Below, piece by piece: positions 9,982-21,434 of a DNA stretch of 64,000 nucleotides. This stretch comes from Terriglobia bacterium (GTDB taxonomy: Bacteria; Acidobacteriota; Terriglobia; JAJPHL01; JAPKYU01): positions 192,001-256,000 of the forward strand of contig CBDCVK010000005.1 of NCBI GenBank assembly GCA_965223005.1, in the 5' to 3' direction. The stretch's first letter is position 1, and each line of letters begins with the position of its first letter. The notes beneath the pieces are model-generated. The model had not been told where the DNA came from. It searched no databases and saw only the letters and a list, made by a program, of their open reading frames with translations. The position numbers and the translations under genes are program-made.

Positions 9982-11010
9982 ATGAAAGGCCGGGTCGCCT
10001 CCTACATTCTCTTGGGTGCCCTGGGACTGCTGTCGGCCGCGATGCTGCTGCCGCTGTTCATCCCGGTGATGGTGGCCATCATCCTGGGCTACCTGCTGTT
10101 GCCGGTGTACGACCGTATGGCATGGGCCCTCCGTTCTGCCGACCTGCGCGCGGCCTTGCTGGTGCTGCTGGTGCTGTTTGTAGTGGCGCTCCCCGTACTC
10201 CTGATCGTGATGCAGGTGGTCGAGGAGATTCCCGGCGCGCTCCGCTCAGCCGACCTGAGCCAGGCGGTGGAGAAAGTAAACCAATGGCTGGACGCCATGC
10301 TGGGCCGCCACATTCCTATCAGCGAGAACTTGACCACTTATATTGGGCGTGTGCGGGATGCAACCCTACGCGTTGCTCCCAGCATCATCGGAGCCATTGG
10401 CAACACTGCCCTGGGACTGTTCGTCTTGCTCTACACCCTCTACTACGTGCTGCGGGATGGCCGCCTGTTCTGGCAGAACTTCCTGCTGATCCTGCCGCTG
10501 GAAGATGAAGTGAAGCCGTTGCTGACGATGAACCTGAAGCAGACCCTCGGCGCCGTGATCTACGGGCAGTTCATCACCGCTTTCGTCCAGGGCTCGCTGG
10601 CCGGGATCGGCTACGTAGTTTTCCACGTTCCCCATGCCCTGCTCTGGACCCTCGTCACCATAACGGCAGCCATGGTTCCGGTCGTCGGCGCCACTGCGGT
10701 CTGGTTGCCGCTGGCCATCTCGCGGCTGGCGGTGGGGGACAAGTTCGGCGGGATTGGGCTGCTGATCTACGGCGGCGTGCTGGTCATGAATATTGACAAC
10801 GTCCTGAAGCCGCGGCTGATTGCCGGCCGCGCGCAACTCCATCCTCTGGTCGCGCTGCTGGGAGTGGTCGGCGGCATCTACGTGTTTGGGGTCATCGGCT
10901 TCGTGCTCGGTCCGGTGTTGCTGGGCCTGGTGGTGGCCATGCTCAAATCTCACCGCGACGTGGCCCTTCAGCAGGCCGTGGTGGTTGCCGACGGTTCCCC
11001 TAGCCCATAA
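9982..11010 (+). CDS. AI-2E family transporter
   Basis: Multi-TM protein; IDNVLKPRL and LHPL...GG...FG..GFVLGP motifs. Confidence 0.88.
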   Translation: MKGRVASYILLGALGLLSAAMLLPLFIPVMVAIILGYLLLPVYDRMAWALRSADLRAALLVLLVLFVVALPVLLIVMQVVEEIPGALRSADLSQAVEKVNQWLDAMLGRHIPISENLTTYIGRVRDATLRVAPSIIGAIGNTALGLFVLLYTLYYVLRDGRLFWQNFLLILPLEDEVKPLLTMNLKQTLGAVIYGQFITAFVQGSLAGIGYVVFHVPHALLWTLVTITAAMVPVVGATAVWLPLAISRLAVGDKFGGIGLLIYGGVLVMNIDNVLKPRLIAGRAQLHPLVALLGVVGGIYVFGVIGFVLGPVLLGLVVAMLKSHRDVALQQAVVVADGSPSP

Positions 11011-11048
11011 GACAGCCAGCTCTCTTGCAGTTATAACCATACCACTTG

Positions 11049-12179
11049 TCATATGGTTAGGGATATGTATGAAACTGTTACTTTAGAACGCCGGGGCCGG
11101 AGCCGCTCCGGCGGGGCGGACGATGGAGGAGCCGGTGGAGGGGGCAGAAGGGCGCCCAGCGCCGGATAGCGTGCGCCAAAGAAATGCAACCTGTATGACT
11201 GAAAAAAGAACATCGCCGGCGCGGAGACGAAAGCGATGACGTAGATGACAGCTGACAGGGCAACGGCAAACAACACGATTGCCGCTCCGACGGTGTACAC
11301 GGTCCAGGAGAGCCCCGCCGCCTTCCCGGCCAGAACGAGGACAACGCTGACGATTCCCAAAGGAATGAACAGCGCCAGCAAGACGAAGAGGTTGACGATT
11401 CCGAACAGCATGCTGCTGCCTAGCGCCAGTACGATCTTCATCAGCACGTACCCTGCATAGGCTGTCTTCTCGGCTCCCAGCATGGGAAGCAATCGCCGCC
11501 AGGCATCCAGCACCCCCAGCTCCTCCAGGGCCATCAACGGAACAACGAAGTCCTTAGCGAACACAGCCACCAGCGCTCCGAGCAGGAAAAACACCAAGAG
11601 CAAGAAGAACAGCGCCACGCCTCCGCCTACTAGCAGGCCGATATGCTCGTTGGGTTGGCGGAAGACCCCCGCCTGCCAGGCCAGATAGATCGGCCCGCCG
11701 ACAAGCAGGGCCAAACCAGCCAGCATCGCCAGGCCGAAGCCAATCACCCAGAGAAAGAAGCTGCTTCCCTGCTGCTGCCAGCGGCGCCAGCCCTCGCCCA
11801 GCTCGCAGCGGTCCCGGAGCACAGCATCAAGCAGGATGAAACGGAAGACGCAGGAAATATAAACCGCGATGAGCCCCAAGATCACCAACGCCACCACTCC
11901 CGCCAGGATCCAGGGGAGATATTCCTGCATGCGCTGCCAGACCGGATTGGGTGGCACTAGCAGTTCGAAGCCTATCTCACCGCTCTCCTCCTCCTGCTGC
12001 GAGGGAATGTTGATGCCGCTCGCTCCACCACCCCAGCCCCCGCCAGCAAACTCCCCAGTCACCAACGACACCATACCCAGACGCGCCCAGAAGGCGAAGC
12101 GAAAGGGCTGGAACAGCTGGCGCCGCGTCTGCTCAAAAGCTGGTGAGATTGCTCCGACGGCGGACAAAGGTGGCGGCAT
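11049..12179 (-). CDS. Hypothetical multi-pass membrane protein
   Basis: Several hydrophobic segments from MPPPLSAVG; Pro-rich tail; start chosen to avoid overlap with mutL. Confidence 0.7.
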   Translation of the reverse strand: MPPPLSAVGAISPAFEQTRRQLFQPFRFAFWARLGMVSLVTGEFAGGGWGGGASGINIPSQQEEESGEIGFELLVPPNPVWQRMQEYLPWILAGVVALVILGLIAVYISCVFRFILLDAVLRDRCELGEGWRRWQQQGSSFFLWVIGFGLAMLAGLALLVGGPIYLAWQAGVFRQPNEHIGLLVGGGVALFFLLLVFFLLGALVAVFAKDFVVPLMALEELGVLDAWRRLLPMLGAEKTAYAGYVLMKIVLALGSSMLFGIVNLFVLLALFIPLGIVSVVLVLAGKAAGLSWTVYTVGAAIVLFAVALSAVIYVIAFVSAPAMFFFQSYRLHFFGARYPALGALLPPPPAPPSSAPPERLRPRRSKVTVSYISLTI

Positions 12180-12264
12180 GTTTCCGTAACTCCGTTGGGC
12201 GTAGTCTATTCCTGCGCAGCGGAAGCTTTCAATTGCAAAAACCTTGCGCCAGGAACGACCAAAC

Positions 12265-12290
12265 AGATCCCTCGCTTCGCTTGGGATGAT
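12265..12290. repeat. REP-like short palindrome
   Basis: agATCCCtcgcttcgcttGGGATgat hairpin, resembling the dispersed GTCATCCTGAGCGAAGCGAAGGATCT-type motif. Confidence 0.4.
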
Positions 12291-12384
12291 ATGAGCGGGA
12301 TGGCGTGAGCGGGACGCCATGGCAGAGGTGCCCGGTAAAAATTCTTTGTGTCTTGGTAGCTTGGTGGTGAAATAGGGAACAGGC

Positions 12385-14346
12385 ATGGGCAAGATCCGCA
12401 TTCTTCCCGACAGCGTGGCCAACAAGATCGCAGCAGGGGAGGTGGTGGAGCGCCCCGCGTCGGCGGTCAAGGAACTGGTGGAGAACGCGCTGGATGCCGG
12501 GGCCAGCCGCGTCCGCGTCGAGGTGGAGGCTGGTGGCAGGAGGCTGGTGCGGGTGGCCGACGACGGCTGCGGGATGCTGCGCGACGACGCTCTGCTGGCC
12601 TTCGAGCGGCACGCCACCAGCAAGCTGCGCAGCGCCGATGACCTGCTATCGGTGGCCACGCTGGGCTTCCGCGGCGAGGCGCTGCCCTCCATCGCCGCTG
12701 TCTCGCGGCTGGTGCTGGAGACCCGCCCGGCCGAGGGTCCCTCGGGAACGCGCTTGGAGGTTCACGGCGGGCGCCTGCGCGACGTACGCGACGCCGGCCT
12801 GCCGGTCGGCACCTGCATCACCGTCCGCGACCTGTTTTACAACATCCCCGCCCGCCGCAAATTCCTCCGCAAAGAGGCCACCGAACTGGGGCACGTGGCC
12901 TCGCTGGTGACTCACTACGCCCTGGCCCACCCCGAGCGGCACCTGACGCTGTCGTCCAGCAGCGGCGAACTGTTGAACGTTACGCCGGTCCAGACGCAGC
13001 GCGAACGCGTGTTCCAGGTCTTTGGAGCCGACATGCTGGATCAATTGGTTGAGCTGGGCACCATCGAGACCGAACTGGTGCTGCCCGCACCTGCCTCGGT
13101 GCTACCGGGATTCACTCCCGAACACCCGCCGCCAGCCGACTCCGACCGAGAACGTCAAAGCACCGTCAAGACGCTTCGCCTGAGCGGGTTTGTCTCCCGG
13201 CCGCAAGTGCAGAAAGCCAACCGCAACTCCATCTTTATTTTCGTCAACCGCCGGCTGATCCGGGATCGAGTGCTGCTGCGCGCGCTCAGCGAAGCATACC
13301 GAAACCTGATCCCGCCAGCGGCATTCCCCCTGGCGCTGCTGTTCCTGGAGGTCCCGTTCGACGAAGTGGACGTCAACGTGCATCCTGCCAAGATCGAGGT
13401 GCGCTTCCGCCACCACGGGTTCGTGCACGATTTCGTGCGCGACTCAGTGCGGCGGCGGCTGGCCGAGACGCGCCCCGTCTCTACCTTTCCAGTGAGTTCG
13501 CCTCCCGCGCTGGAACCGCGGCCGGTGCTGGCAGGCCCCCCCATCCAGCCCTCGGGCCAGCCCTTCGGCCCCGCCCCGTCCGGTGATTTCCGCCTGACGG
13601 CACCGCAGCCGGAGCCGGAGGCGCGTCGTCTCCCATTTGCCACTGTGACGCCTTTCGAGGTGCGGGCGTCAACAGCGGAGCCTCGACCGTCAGGGAGCGG
13701 GCCCGGCGCGGCAACATCGACGGGCACGTCATCCGCTGAGGCACCAGCCGAGCCGACGGCCACCGATGAGCTGGCCGGGTTGCGCCCCCTGGGCCAGCTT
13801 CAGCAGAGCTTTATCGTAGCCGCCAGCGATGAGGGTTTGTGGATTGTTGACCAACACGTGGCCCATGAGCGAGTGCTGTTTGAGAAAACGGTTCGCGACC
13901 GGGCCGCCGGCCGCCGGCAGGTTCAGCAGTTGCTGATGCCCCTGGTCCTACAGCTCACCCCCGCTCAGCAGGCCACCCTGGAGCAGATCGGCAAGGAACT
14001 GGACGCCAACGGCTTCGAGATCGAACCGTTCGGGCAGCGCACGGTGGCGGTGAAAGCGGCGCCGGCGGGCATCCCCGCCCAGCAGATCGAGGTGATGCTG
14101 CGCGACCTGCTGGACGGGCAGGAGGTCTCCCACCTGAGCCCGCTCGAGGATGCACGCGGACGCGTGGCCGCTTCCATCGCTTGCCACGCCGCCATCAAGA
14201 TCAACACGCCGCTGGACCAGGCCAAGGTGCAGTGGCTGCTCGACGCGCTGGCGCGCACCGAAGCCCCAATGAGCTGCCCGCACGGCCGGCCGGTGGTGCT
14301 GAAATATTCGCTGCGCGAAATCCTGAAGGCCTTCCACCGGCTCTAG
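12385..14346 (+). CDS. mutL: DNA mismatch repair endonuclease MutL
   Basis: IAAGEVVERP, GFRGEAL, VDVNVHP, DQHVAHER, CPHGRP. Confidence 0.97.
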   Translation: MGKIRILPDSVANKIAAGEVVERPASAVKELVENALDAGASRVRVEVEAGGRRLVRVADDGCGMLRDDALLAFERHATSKLRSADDLLSVATLGFRGEALPSIAAVSRLVLETRPAEGPSGTRLEVHGGRLRDVRDAGLPVGTCITVRDLFYNIPARRKFLRKEATELGHVASLVTHYALAHPERHLTLSSSSGELLNVTPVQTQRERVFQVFGADMLDQLVELGTIETELVLPAPASVLPGFTPEHPPPADSDRERQSTVKTLRLSGFVSRPQVQKANRNSIFIFVNRRLIRDRVLLRALSEAYRNLIPPAAFPLALLFLEVPFDEVDVNVHPAKIEVRFRHHGFVHDFVRDSVRRRLAETRPVSTFPVSSPPALEPRPVLAGPPIQPSGQPFGPAPSGDFRLTAPQPEPEARRLPFATVTPFEVRASTAEPRPSGSGPGAATSTGTSSAEAPAEPTATDELAGLRPLGQLQQSFIVAASDEGLWIVDQHVAHERVLFEKTVRDRAAGRRQVQQLLMPLVLQLTPAQQATLEQIGKELDANGFEIEPFGQRTVAVKAAPAGIPAQQIEVMLRDLLDGQEVSHLSPLEDARGRVAASIACHAAIKINTPLDQAKVQWLLDALARTEAPMSCPHGRPVVLKYSLREILKAFHRL

Positions 14347-14359
14347 CGCTTCCTACCAT

Positions 14360-15040
14360 ATGGTGATTACTATTGATGGGCCGGCCGGAGCGGGAAAAAG
14401 CACTGTCTCCCGGTTGGTGGCGGAGCGACTCGGATACCCTTACATCGAGACTGGCGCCATGTACCGGGCCGTGGCTCTGCTGGCGCTACGCCGCAGCGTC
14501 TCCACAACTGACCCGGAGGGCGTGGCGGCACTGGCCCGCCAGGCTTCGTTCCGCTTTGTCCCCTCGCCTAAAGGGAATCGTCTGCTGGTGGGCGAGGAAG
14601 ACGTCACCGAGGCGGTACGCGCCCCCGAAGTGACCCAGACGGCCTCCGTCGTCTCCACCGTGGCGGGCGTCCGGCAGGCGCTGGTCGAGCAGCAGCGCAA
14701 GCTCGGCCAGCAGGGCAACGTTGTCATGGAAGGCCGCGACATCGGCACGGTGGTGTTCCCCGCCGCTGAGGTGAAGATATTCCTGGACGCCGCCCCGGAG
14801 GTGCGGGGCCAGCGGCGCCTCATGCAAACTGAACCGCGCTCTGGCGAACAAAACCGTCTGGAGGAAACCGTAGCTGAAATCAGCGCGCGGGACCAGCGCG
14901 ATCGCGAGCGCTCCCTTTCGCCCCTGCATCAGGCTGCCGATGCCGTCTACCTCGACACCTCTTCACTCTCGCTGGAGGATGTGGTGGAAACCATTCTGCG
15001 CCTGGTCCGCCAGCGCACCGCCAACTCGTCGCAGCGCTGA
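14360..15040 (+). CDS. cmk: Cytidylate kinase
   Basis: IDGPAGAGKST, GAMYRA, MEGRDIGTVVFP. Confidence 0.96.
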   Translation: MVITIDGPAGAGKSTVSRLVAERLGYPYIETGAMYRAVALLALRRSVSTTDPEGVAALARQASFRFVPSPKGNRLLVGEEDVTEAVRAPEVTQTASVVSTVAGVRQALVEQQRKLGQQGNVVMEGRDIGTVVFPAAEVKIFLDAAPEVRGQRRLMQTEPRSGEQNRLEETVAEISARDQRDRERSLSPLHQAADAVYLDTSSLSLEDVVETILRLVRQRTANSSQR

Positions 15041-15061
15041 AACTGTCCACCAACAGGGAAT

Positions 15062-15112
15062 TTGACTGAAGCCCCAGGCCCAGTTATATTGAATTGGCTA
15101 TATTGAATTGGC
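15062..15112 (+). promoter_or_regulatory. Sigma70 promoter of tig-clpP with a duplicated -10 segment
   Basis: TTGACT(15062)-17 bp-TATATT(15085); TATATTGAATTGGC repeated at 15085-15098 and 15099-15112. Confidence 0.6.
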
Positions 15113-15234
15113 AGTCGAAGCACTTGGCCCAGGCACTTGCCCGAGCGTTTGAGGGCTCAGCCAAGCTCGCTCTGCTCGCTGAGAGAATCCTTCGCGGCTC
15201 CTGGTGGGCAGACGGCGTGACATAGTTTCCTTTC

Positions 15235-16611
15235 ATGAGCAACAGCGAAACGACAAACTGCAAGCGCGAACTGGCCATCGAGGTACCGGCCGAAGAGGTG
15301 CAGAAGGAGGCCGCGCGGGGCGCGCGCGACCTGCAGCGGCGGGCCCGCTTGCCTGGCTTCCGGCCTGGGAAGGCTCCGCTGAGCCTGATCCAGCAGCGGT
15401 TTCGCGAAGAAATCCGGGAGGAGGTGTTGCGCGCGCTGGTTCCCGAGTACGTCCGGCGCCGGATGCAGGAAGAAAACCTGGAGCCAGTCGCCTCCCCTCA
15501 GATTGAAGAGGTTTCCCTGGAGACGGAGGCCCAACAGCCCCTTCGGTTCAAAGCCATATTCGAGGTAATTCCTCCCTTTGACCTGAGCGACTACACCGAA
15601 CTGGAAGTGGAAGTTGTGGAGCCAGCCGTCTCGGAGGAGCAGGTTGAGGCCAGTCTCAAACAGTTGCAGGAACAGCAGGCGGTCTTTGCCGCAGTGGAGG
15701 ATCGTCCGCTCGAAGATGGGGATTTTGCCGTGATGTCCCTGACAGGAAAGCCCCAGGCCGAAAAAACCCCGGCCGGAAAGACCCCGGAGGGTCAAGAGCC
15801 AAGCAGGGGCCAGCCTGCGGGCGCCGGGCCGGTGAAACTGGAAGAGGCGCTGTGTGAAATCGGCGGCTCCGATACTCTTCCGGCCTTCAGCGAGCACCTT
15901 CGGGGCGCTCGGCCAGGCGAGGAGCGCTCCTTCCCGGTCAGCTACCCGGAAGATTTCAACGACCAGCGCCTGGCTGGCCGCACCGTGCTCTACACCGCGC
16001 GGGTGAATGCGATTAAACAGAAACAGACTCCCGAACTCAACGATGAGTTCGCCCGTGATCTGGGCCGCTTTACAACCTTGGAGGAAGTCCGGGCCAGCAT
16101 CCGGCAAAACCTGCTCGAGCAGGAACGACAGCGGGCCGATCAGCAGGCCAAGGAACAGATGATTGACCGGCTGGTGGAGCGGCACGACTTCCCGGTGCCC
16201 GAATTTCTGGTGGACAGACAGGTCCAGGCACGCTTGGAGCGATCCGTGCGCCAGTTGGCGGCGCAGGGCGTGGATCCGGCGCGCCTGGATCTGGATTGGG
16301 CGCGCCTCCGCTCCTCACACCTGGAGGGCGCGCGGCGAGACGTCCGGGCCGGGCTGCTTCTGGAGCGCATCGCAGAACGGGAGGAGATCCAAGTCAGTGA
16401 GGAAGAGCTGAGGCAGGAAACTGAGAACCTGGCACAGCAGGCAGCGCGAGGCGGCAACACTGCGGTGACACGCGCTCGCTTGACAAGGCCGGAGGTGGCG
16501 GATAAGATCAAGAGTAGGCTGCGCAACGACAAAACTCTGGATTTGCTGTACCGGAAAGCCAGGAAAATTGCCGGGCACGCCGGCGAGGAAGTAAGACCCC
16601 AAACTGAATGA
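15235..16611 (+). CDS. tig: Trigger factor
   Basis: GFRPGKAP ribosome-binding motif; directly upstream of clpP. Confidence 0.95.
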   Translation: MSNSETTNCKRELAIEVPAEEVQKEAARGARDLQRRARLPGFRPGKAPLSLIQQRFREEIREEVLRALVPEYVRRRMQEENLEPVASPQIEEVSLETEAQQPLRFKAIFEVIPPFDLSDYTELEVEVVEPAVSEEQVEASLKQLQEQQAVFAAVEDRPLEDGDFAVMSLTGKPQAEKTPAGKTPEGQEPSRGQPAGAGPVKLEEALCEIGGSDTLPAFSEHLRGARPGEERSFPVSYPEDFNDQRLAGRTVLYTARVNAIKQKQTPELNDEFARDLGRFTTLEEVRASIRQNLLEQERQRADQQAKEQMIDRLVERHDFPVPEFLVDRQVQARLERSVRQLAAQGVDPARLDLDWARLRSSHLEGARRDVRAGLLLERIAEREEIQVSEEELRQETENLAQQAARGGNTAVTRARLTRPEVADKIKSRLRNDKTLDLLYRKARKIAGHAGEEVRPQTE

Positions 16612-17222
16612 ATCGGCCGCGCTTCCCGCAATTTCGCTCCGCACTGATCCCCATGGTCGTAGAGCAGACCAGCCGGGGAGAGCGCGCCTACGACATTTAT
16701 TCCCGCCTGCTTCGAGACAACATTATTTTTATTGGCACCCCGATTGACGACAACATCGCCAACGTGGTCACGGCCCAGTTGCTGTTTCTGGAAGCCAACG
16801 ATCCGGAAAGGGATATCTCTCTTTATATCAACAGCCCGGGCGGTTCCATCACAGCCGGAATGGCCATTTACGACACGATGCAGTTCATCCGGCCCGACGT
16901 GAGCACCATCTGCATCGGCCAGGCTGCCTCGATGGCGGCTCTGATGCTGGCAGCTGGCACTAAGGGCAAGCGGTTTGTCCTGCCCAACTCGCGCGTTCTG
17001 ATCCACCAGCCTTCCGGTGGGCTCTCGGGCCAGGCCACTGACATTGACATCCAGGCGCGGGAAATCCTGCGCTGGCGCCAGATTACGAACGAGCTGCTGG
17101 CTCTCCACACCGGCCAGGAGGTGGAGAAGATCGAGCGTGATGTCGACCGCGACTTCATCATGAACTCCTCGCAGGCTAAAGATTACGGGCTGATTGACGA
17201 AATCATCTTTAAGAACCGCTAA
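16608..17222 (+). CDS. clpP: Clp protease proteolytic subunit
   Basis: [26 protein letters not shown]. Confidence 0.97.
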   Translation: MNRPRFPQFRSALIPMVVEQTSRGERAYDIYSRLLRDNIIFIGTPIDDNIANVVTAQLLFLEANDPERDISLYINSPGGSITAGMAIYDTMQFIRPDVSTICIGQAASMAALMLAAGTKGKRFVLPNSRVLIHQPSGGLSGQATDIDIQAREILRWRQITNELLALHTGQEVEKIERDVDRDFIMNSSQAKDYGLIDEIIFKNR

Positions 17223-17408
17223 GCTCTGGGAGCAGCGGCAGGGTCGGAACGGGCTGGCCCTCCCGGCTAGGCGGTGGTCCTCCCGGATGAAGCAGCGATG
17301 AGCGACGATGAAGCAACCGGCGGCAGAGGAGAGTTCCAAGTTCGTCAACCTCTGGGTTGGTCCTCTAATGGGAGCAAAGGAGCTATACCCTCTGGTAGGA
17401 TTTCCGAG

Positions 17409-17487
17409 GCCGGTAGTATAGTGGGCCAGTAGTTCAGTGAGCCGGTAGTCAGTGAGCCGGTAGTATAGTGAGCCGGTAGTATAGTGG
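17409..17487 (+). repeat. Five tandem 15-16 bp repeats (GCCGGTAGTATAGTGR)
   Basis: Units start at 17409, 17425, 17441, 17456 and 17472; no spacers. Confidence 0.85.
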
Positions 17488-17520
17488 GAAGTTGGCCGGC
17501 GAGGGACACAAGGAGCGGCT

Positions 17521-18789
17521 GTGGTCAAACGCAGCGGATCAGACGAGATTTCAAGATGTTCGTTCTGCCACAAGACCCAGGACGTGGTGGGTAAGCTCAT
17601 TTCTTCGCCCAGCGACTACTCACGGTCCTACATTTGCGATGAATGCGTGACGGTCTGCAACTCGATTCTGGAGGACGACCACGGCGAGTCGTCAGCGGGC
17701 CGGCTGCAGCAACTCCCCAAGCCCGAGGAGGTCAAGGAATTCCTGGACCAGTACGTGATCGGCCAGGAGAAGACCAAAAAGAAACTGGCCGTCGCCGTCT
17801 ACAACCACTACAAGCGAATCCAGCTGGCGCGGCAGCGGCACAGCGATGTGGAGCTGACCAAATCCAACATCCTGTTGATCGGCCCCACCGGTACGGGCAA
17901 GACCCTGCTGGCGCAGACCCTGGCCCGTCTGCTCGAGGTGCCCTTCGCCATCGTCGACGCCACCACCTTGACCGAGGCCGGCTATGTGGGCGAGGACGTG
18001 GAAAACATCCTGCTCCGCCTGCTGCAGAACGCCGAAGGCGACGTGGCCCGCGCGCAGCAGGGCATCATCTACATTGACGAAGTGGACAAGATCTGCCGCA
18101 AGGACGAGAATCCTTCGATCACTCGTGACGTCTCCGGCGAAGGGGTGCAGCAGGCCCTGCTGAAGATCTTGGAAGGGACGGTCTCCAATGTCCCACCGCA
18201 GGGCGGCCGCAAGCACCCGCACCAGGAATTCACCCAGGTGGATACCACCAATATCCTGTTCATTTCCGGCGGGGCGTTCGTCGGCTTGGAAAAAGTTATC
18301 GCCCACCGCACGGGGAATAAGGCAATGGGATTCCGGGCCGAAGCGGGGCCGACGGCGGTCACCGCCAGCGGGCGCCGGGAAATCGAGCTACTGGAACAGT
18401 TGCAGCCGGTGGACCTGATCAAATATGGGCTGATCCCGGAGTTCGTTGGCCGCGTCTCGGTGATTGGCGTGCTGCAGGAACTGGACAAGCAGTCGCTAGT
18501 GGAGATCCTGGTCCGCCCCAAAAACGCCATTGTCCGCCAGTACCAGAAGCTATTCGAATATGAGAACGTGCGACTCAAGTTCACCACTGAGGCGCTGGAA
18601 GCCATCGCCGATTTGGCCCAGACCCGGCGAGTCGGCGCCCGCGGCCTGCGGATGATCCTGGAAGACCTGATGCTGGAGGTCATGTACCACCTGCCGTCGT
18701 ACCGGAAGGTGCGCGAGTTTACGGTGACCAAGGAAATGGTGGAATCTCAGCAGATAAATATGTCAAACTATATGGAGAAGGCGGGGTAG
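17521..18789 (+). CDS. clpX: Clp protease ATPase ClpX
   Basis: CSFC/CDEC zinc finger, [20 protein letters not shown]. Confidence 0.97.
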   Translation: MVKRSGSDEISRCSFCHKTQDVVGKLISSPSDYSRSYICDECVTVCNSILEDDHGESSAGRLQQLPKPEEVKEFLDQYVIGQEKTKKKLAVAVYNHYKRIQLARQRHSDVELTKSNILLIGPTGTGKTLLAQTLARLLEVPFAIVDATTLTEAGYVGEDVENILLRLLQNAEGDVARAQQGIIYIDEVDKICRKDENPSITRDVSGEGVQQALLKILEGTVSNVPPQGGRKHPHQEFTQVDTTNILFISGGAFVGLEKVIAHRTGNKAMGFRAEAGPTAVTASGRREIELLEQLQPVDLIKYGLIPEFVGRVSVIGVLQELDKQSLVEILVRPKNAIVRQYQKLFEYENVRLKFTTEALEAIADLAQTRRVGARGLRMILEDLMLEVMYHLPSYRKVREFTVTKEMVESQQINMSNYMEKAG

Positions 18790-18871
18790 AGTTTGCGTCC
18801 CCGGCCCGCTGGGGTCGCCCACGAGCACGATTGAGGGGCGACACGGGCTTGGGACGAGCCCGATTATACCT

Positions 18872-21283
18872 ATGGCAACAGTGCGCGAAAAAGTGGAAAC
18901 CCGGCGGCTGCCGATGATGCCCATCCGGGACGTGGTCATGTTCCCGCACATGATGACCCCGTTCGTGGTGGGCCGCGAAAGCTCCATTCGCGCCCTGGAA
19001 GAAGCGCTGGCCGCGGACAAGAAAATCTTCCTGGCTACGCAGCACGACGCTTCGGTGGAAGAGCCCAAGCCCAACGAGATTTACCAGGTGGGCACGGTGG
19101 CCAACATCGTGCAAAGCGTGAAGCTGCCGGACGGCAACATCAAGGTTCTGGTGGAAGGTCAGGAGCGCGCCCGGGTGGTCAGCCTCAGCGACGAAGAGGG
19201 CTTCTTCCGCGCCATCGCCCGCACCGTTACTTATCGTACTGAGCAGAGTCCGCAGGTGGAGACACTGACCCAGCGCGTCACGGCGCTTTTCGAGCAATAC
19301 GTCAAGCTCAGCCAGAACCTGAATTACGAGACGATGATCGCCGCCGTCCGGGTGGACGACGCTGGCAAACTGGCCGATACCATCGCCGCCAACCTGCAAC
19401 TGGCTATCGAGGAGAAGCAGGAACTGCTGGAGATTCTTGATCCGCTGGATCGGCTGCAGCGGATTGGTGACGTGCTCGACCTCGAGATCGAGAAGCTCAA
19501 CGTGGACCGCAGCATCCAGGGTCGGGTCAAGCGCCAGATGGAACGGGCCCAGAAAGAGTATTACCTGAACGAAAAGATCAAGGCCATTCAGAAGGAGCTG
19601 GGACGCGGCGAGAAGAGCGAACTGGACGAGCTGAAGAAGAAAATCGACGAAGCCGGCATGACCAAGGAAGCTCACGAGAAGGCCATCCAGGAGCTGAAAA
19701 AACTGGAGCTGATGCCGCCCATGTCGGCCGAATCCACCGTCAGTCGCAACTACCTGGATTGGCTGCTGGCTGTCCCCTGGAAAAAGAAAACCAAAGAGAT
19801 CCGGGACATGGCCCGTGCCGAGCACGTCCTGGAAAAAGATCATTATGGACTGGAGAAGATCAAGGAGCGCATCCTGGAGTTTCTGGCGGTGCGCCGCCTG
19901 GTGAAGAACCCGCGCGGCTCGATCCTGTGCTTTGTGGGACCGCCCGGAGTGGGCAAGACCTCGCTAGGCATGTCCATCGCCCGCGCCACCGGGCGCAAAT
20001 TCGTGCGCCTCTCGCTGGGCGGCGTTCGCGACGAGGCCGAAATTCGTGGGCATCGCCGCACCTACATCGGCGCGCTGCCCGGCCAGATCCTTCAGATGAT
20101 GAAGAAGGCCGGAACCCGCAACCCGGTCTTCATGCTGGACGAAGTGGACAAGATGAGCATGGACTTCCGCGGCGATCCTTCGGCGGCGCTGCTGGAGGTG
20201 CTCGATCCGGAACAGAATTACATGTTCATGGATCACTACCTGGACGTAGAGTACAATCTCAGCCAGGTCTTCTTCATCACGACCGCAAACGTCCTGCACA
20301 CAATTCCTCCCGCGCTTCAGGACCGCATGGAAGTCATCCGCCTGGTGGGCTATACCGAGCCGGAAAAAGTCGAGATCGCCAAGCGATTCCTGGTCAAGAA
20401 GCAGCGCGAGGCCACCGGGTTAAGCGAACAAAACCTGGGGTTCGTTGACGAATCGCTCTCCAGCATCATTCAGCACTACACGCGCGAGGCCGGCGTGCGC
20501 AACCTGGAACGAGAAATCGCCAACGTCTGCCGCAAGGTGGCGCGCAAGGTGCTCAAGGAAGGGCGGAACATCCGTATTGAGACCAGTCCGGAAGACCTGA
20601 AGGAATACCTGGGCGTCATCAAGTTCCGAGACACTCGGGCCGAAGAGAAGAACGAGGTAGGGCTGGCAATGGGACTGGCCTGGACAGAGGTCGGGGGGCA
20701 AATCCTGTCCACTGAAGTCACCTTGATGGAGGGCAAGGGGAAGCTGACGCTGACCGGCAAGCTGGGCGACGTGATGCAGGAATCGGCTCAGGCCGCCATG
20801 AGCTATATGCGATCGCGCAGCGCCCAACTGGGCCTGGAGAACGACTTTTATCGCCACCGGGACTTCCACGTCCACGTGCCGGAGGGCGCCATTCCCAAGG
20901 ATGGGCCCTCGGCCGGCATTACCATCGCAGTGGCTATTGCCAGCGCGCTCACCCGCATCGCCGTTCGCCGCGGCGTAGCCATGACCGGAGAAATCACGCT
21001 GCGCGGCAAAGTACTGCCCATCGGCGGTCTCAAGGAGAAGTTGCTGGCTGCCCACCGCACGGGGCTCTTCGAGGTCATCATCCCGAAAGACAATGAAAAA
21101 GATCTGGCCGATGCTCCGGCCAACATCCTCGAGGTAATGAAAATCCACGCCGTGGAAACCATGGACGAAGTTCTGCAGGTCGCACTGGAACGACCCCTGG
21201 TCGGGACGCCTGCCGAGTCGCCGATTCCGGCGGCCCCCGACTTTCAACCCACGGTGCCTGAACAGGACCGGATCACGCAATAG
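18872..21283 (+). CDS. lon: ATP-dependent protease La
   Basis: [23 protein letters not shown]. Confidence 0.97.
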   Translation: MATVREKVETRRLPMMPIRDVVMFPHMMTPFVVGRESSIRALEEALAADKKIFLATQHDASVEEPKPNEIYQVGTVANIVQSVKLPDGNIKVLVEGQERARVVSLSDEEGFFRAIARTVTYRTEQSPQVETLTQRVTALFEQYVKLSQNLNYETMIAAVRVDDAGKLADTIAANLQLAIEEKQELLEILDPLDRLQRIGDVLDLEIEKLNVDRSIQGRVKRQMERAQKEYYLNEKIKAIQKELGRGEKSELDELKKKIDEAGMTKEAHEKAIQELKKLELMPPMSAESTVSRNYLDWLLAVPWKKKTKEIRDMARAEHVLEKDHYGLEKIKERILEFLAVRRLVKNPRGSILCFVGPPGVGKTSLGMSIARATGRKFVRLSLGGVRDEAEIRGHRRTYIGALPGQILQMMKKAGTRNPVFMLDEVDKMSMDFRGDPSAALLEVLDPEQNYMFMDHYLDVEYNLSQVFFITTANVLHTIPPALQDRMEVIRLVGYTEPEKVEIAKRFLVKKQREATGLSEQNLGFVDESLSSIIQHYTREAGVRNLEREIANVCRKVARKVLKEGRNIRIETSPEDLKEYLGVIKFRDTRAEEKNEVGLAMGLAWTEVGGQILSTEVTLMEGKGKLTLTGKLGDVMQESAQAAMSYMRSRSAQLGLENDFYRHRDFHVHVPEGAIPKDGPSAGITIAVAIASALTRIAVRRGVAMTGEITLRGKVLPIGGLKEKLLAAHRTGLFEVIIPKDNEKDLADAPANILEVMKIHAVETMDEVLQVALERPLVGTPAESPIPAAPDFQPTVPEQDRITQ

Positions 21284-21434
21284 GACTCCGAGCCGTCATC
21301 AGGAGGCATCGCACGGCGCAACCGCGCTCTGCAAATTCCGGCGCCGACCCGGCGTCGCAGGCTGGTTCCCCCGAAGACCCGAGCCGCTTCACCAGTGGAG
21401 GACAGGCCACGGTCGGGGGTGCATCCAATAGCTT

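Noticed and set aside
15113-15234. tRNA-Leu often found upstream of tig
   Set aside because: No T-loop consensus or cloverleaf visible
17409-17487. CRISPR array
   Set aside because: Units are 15-16 bp, directly adjacent, with no spacers and no cas genes
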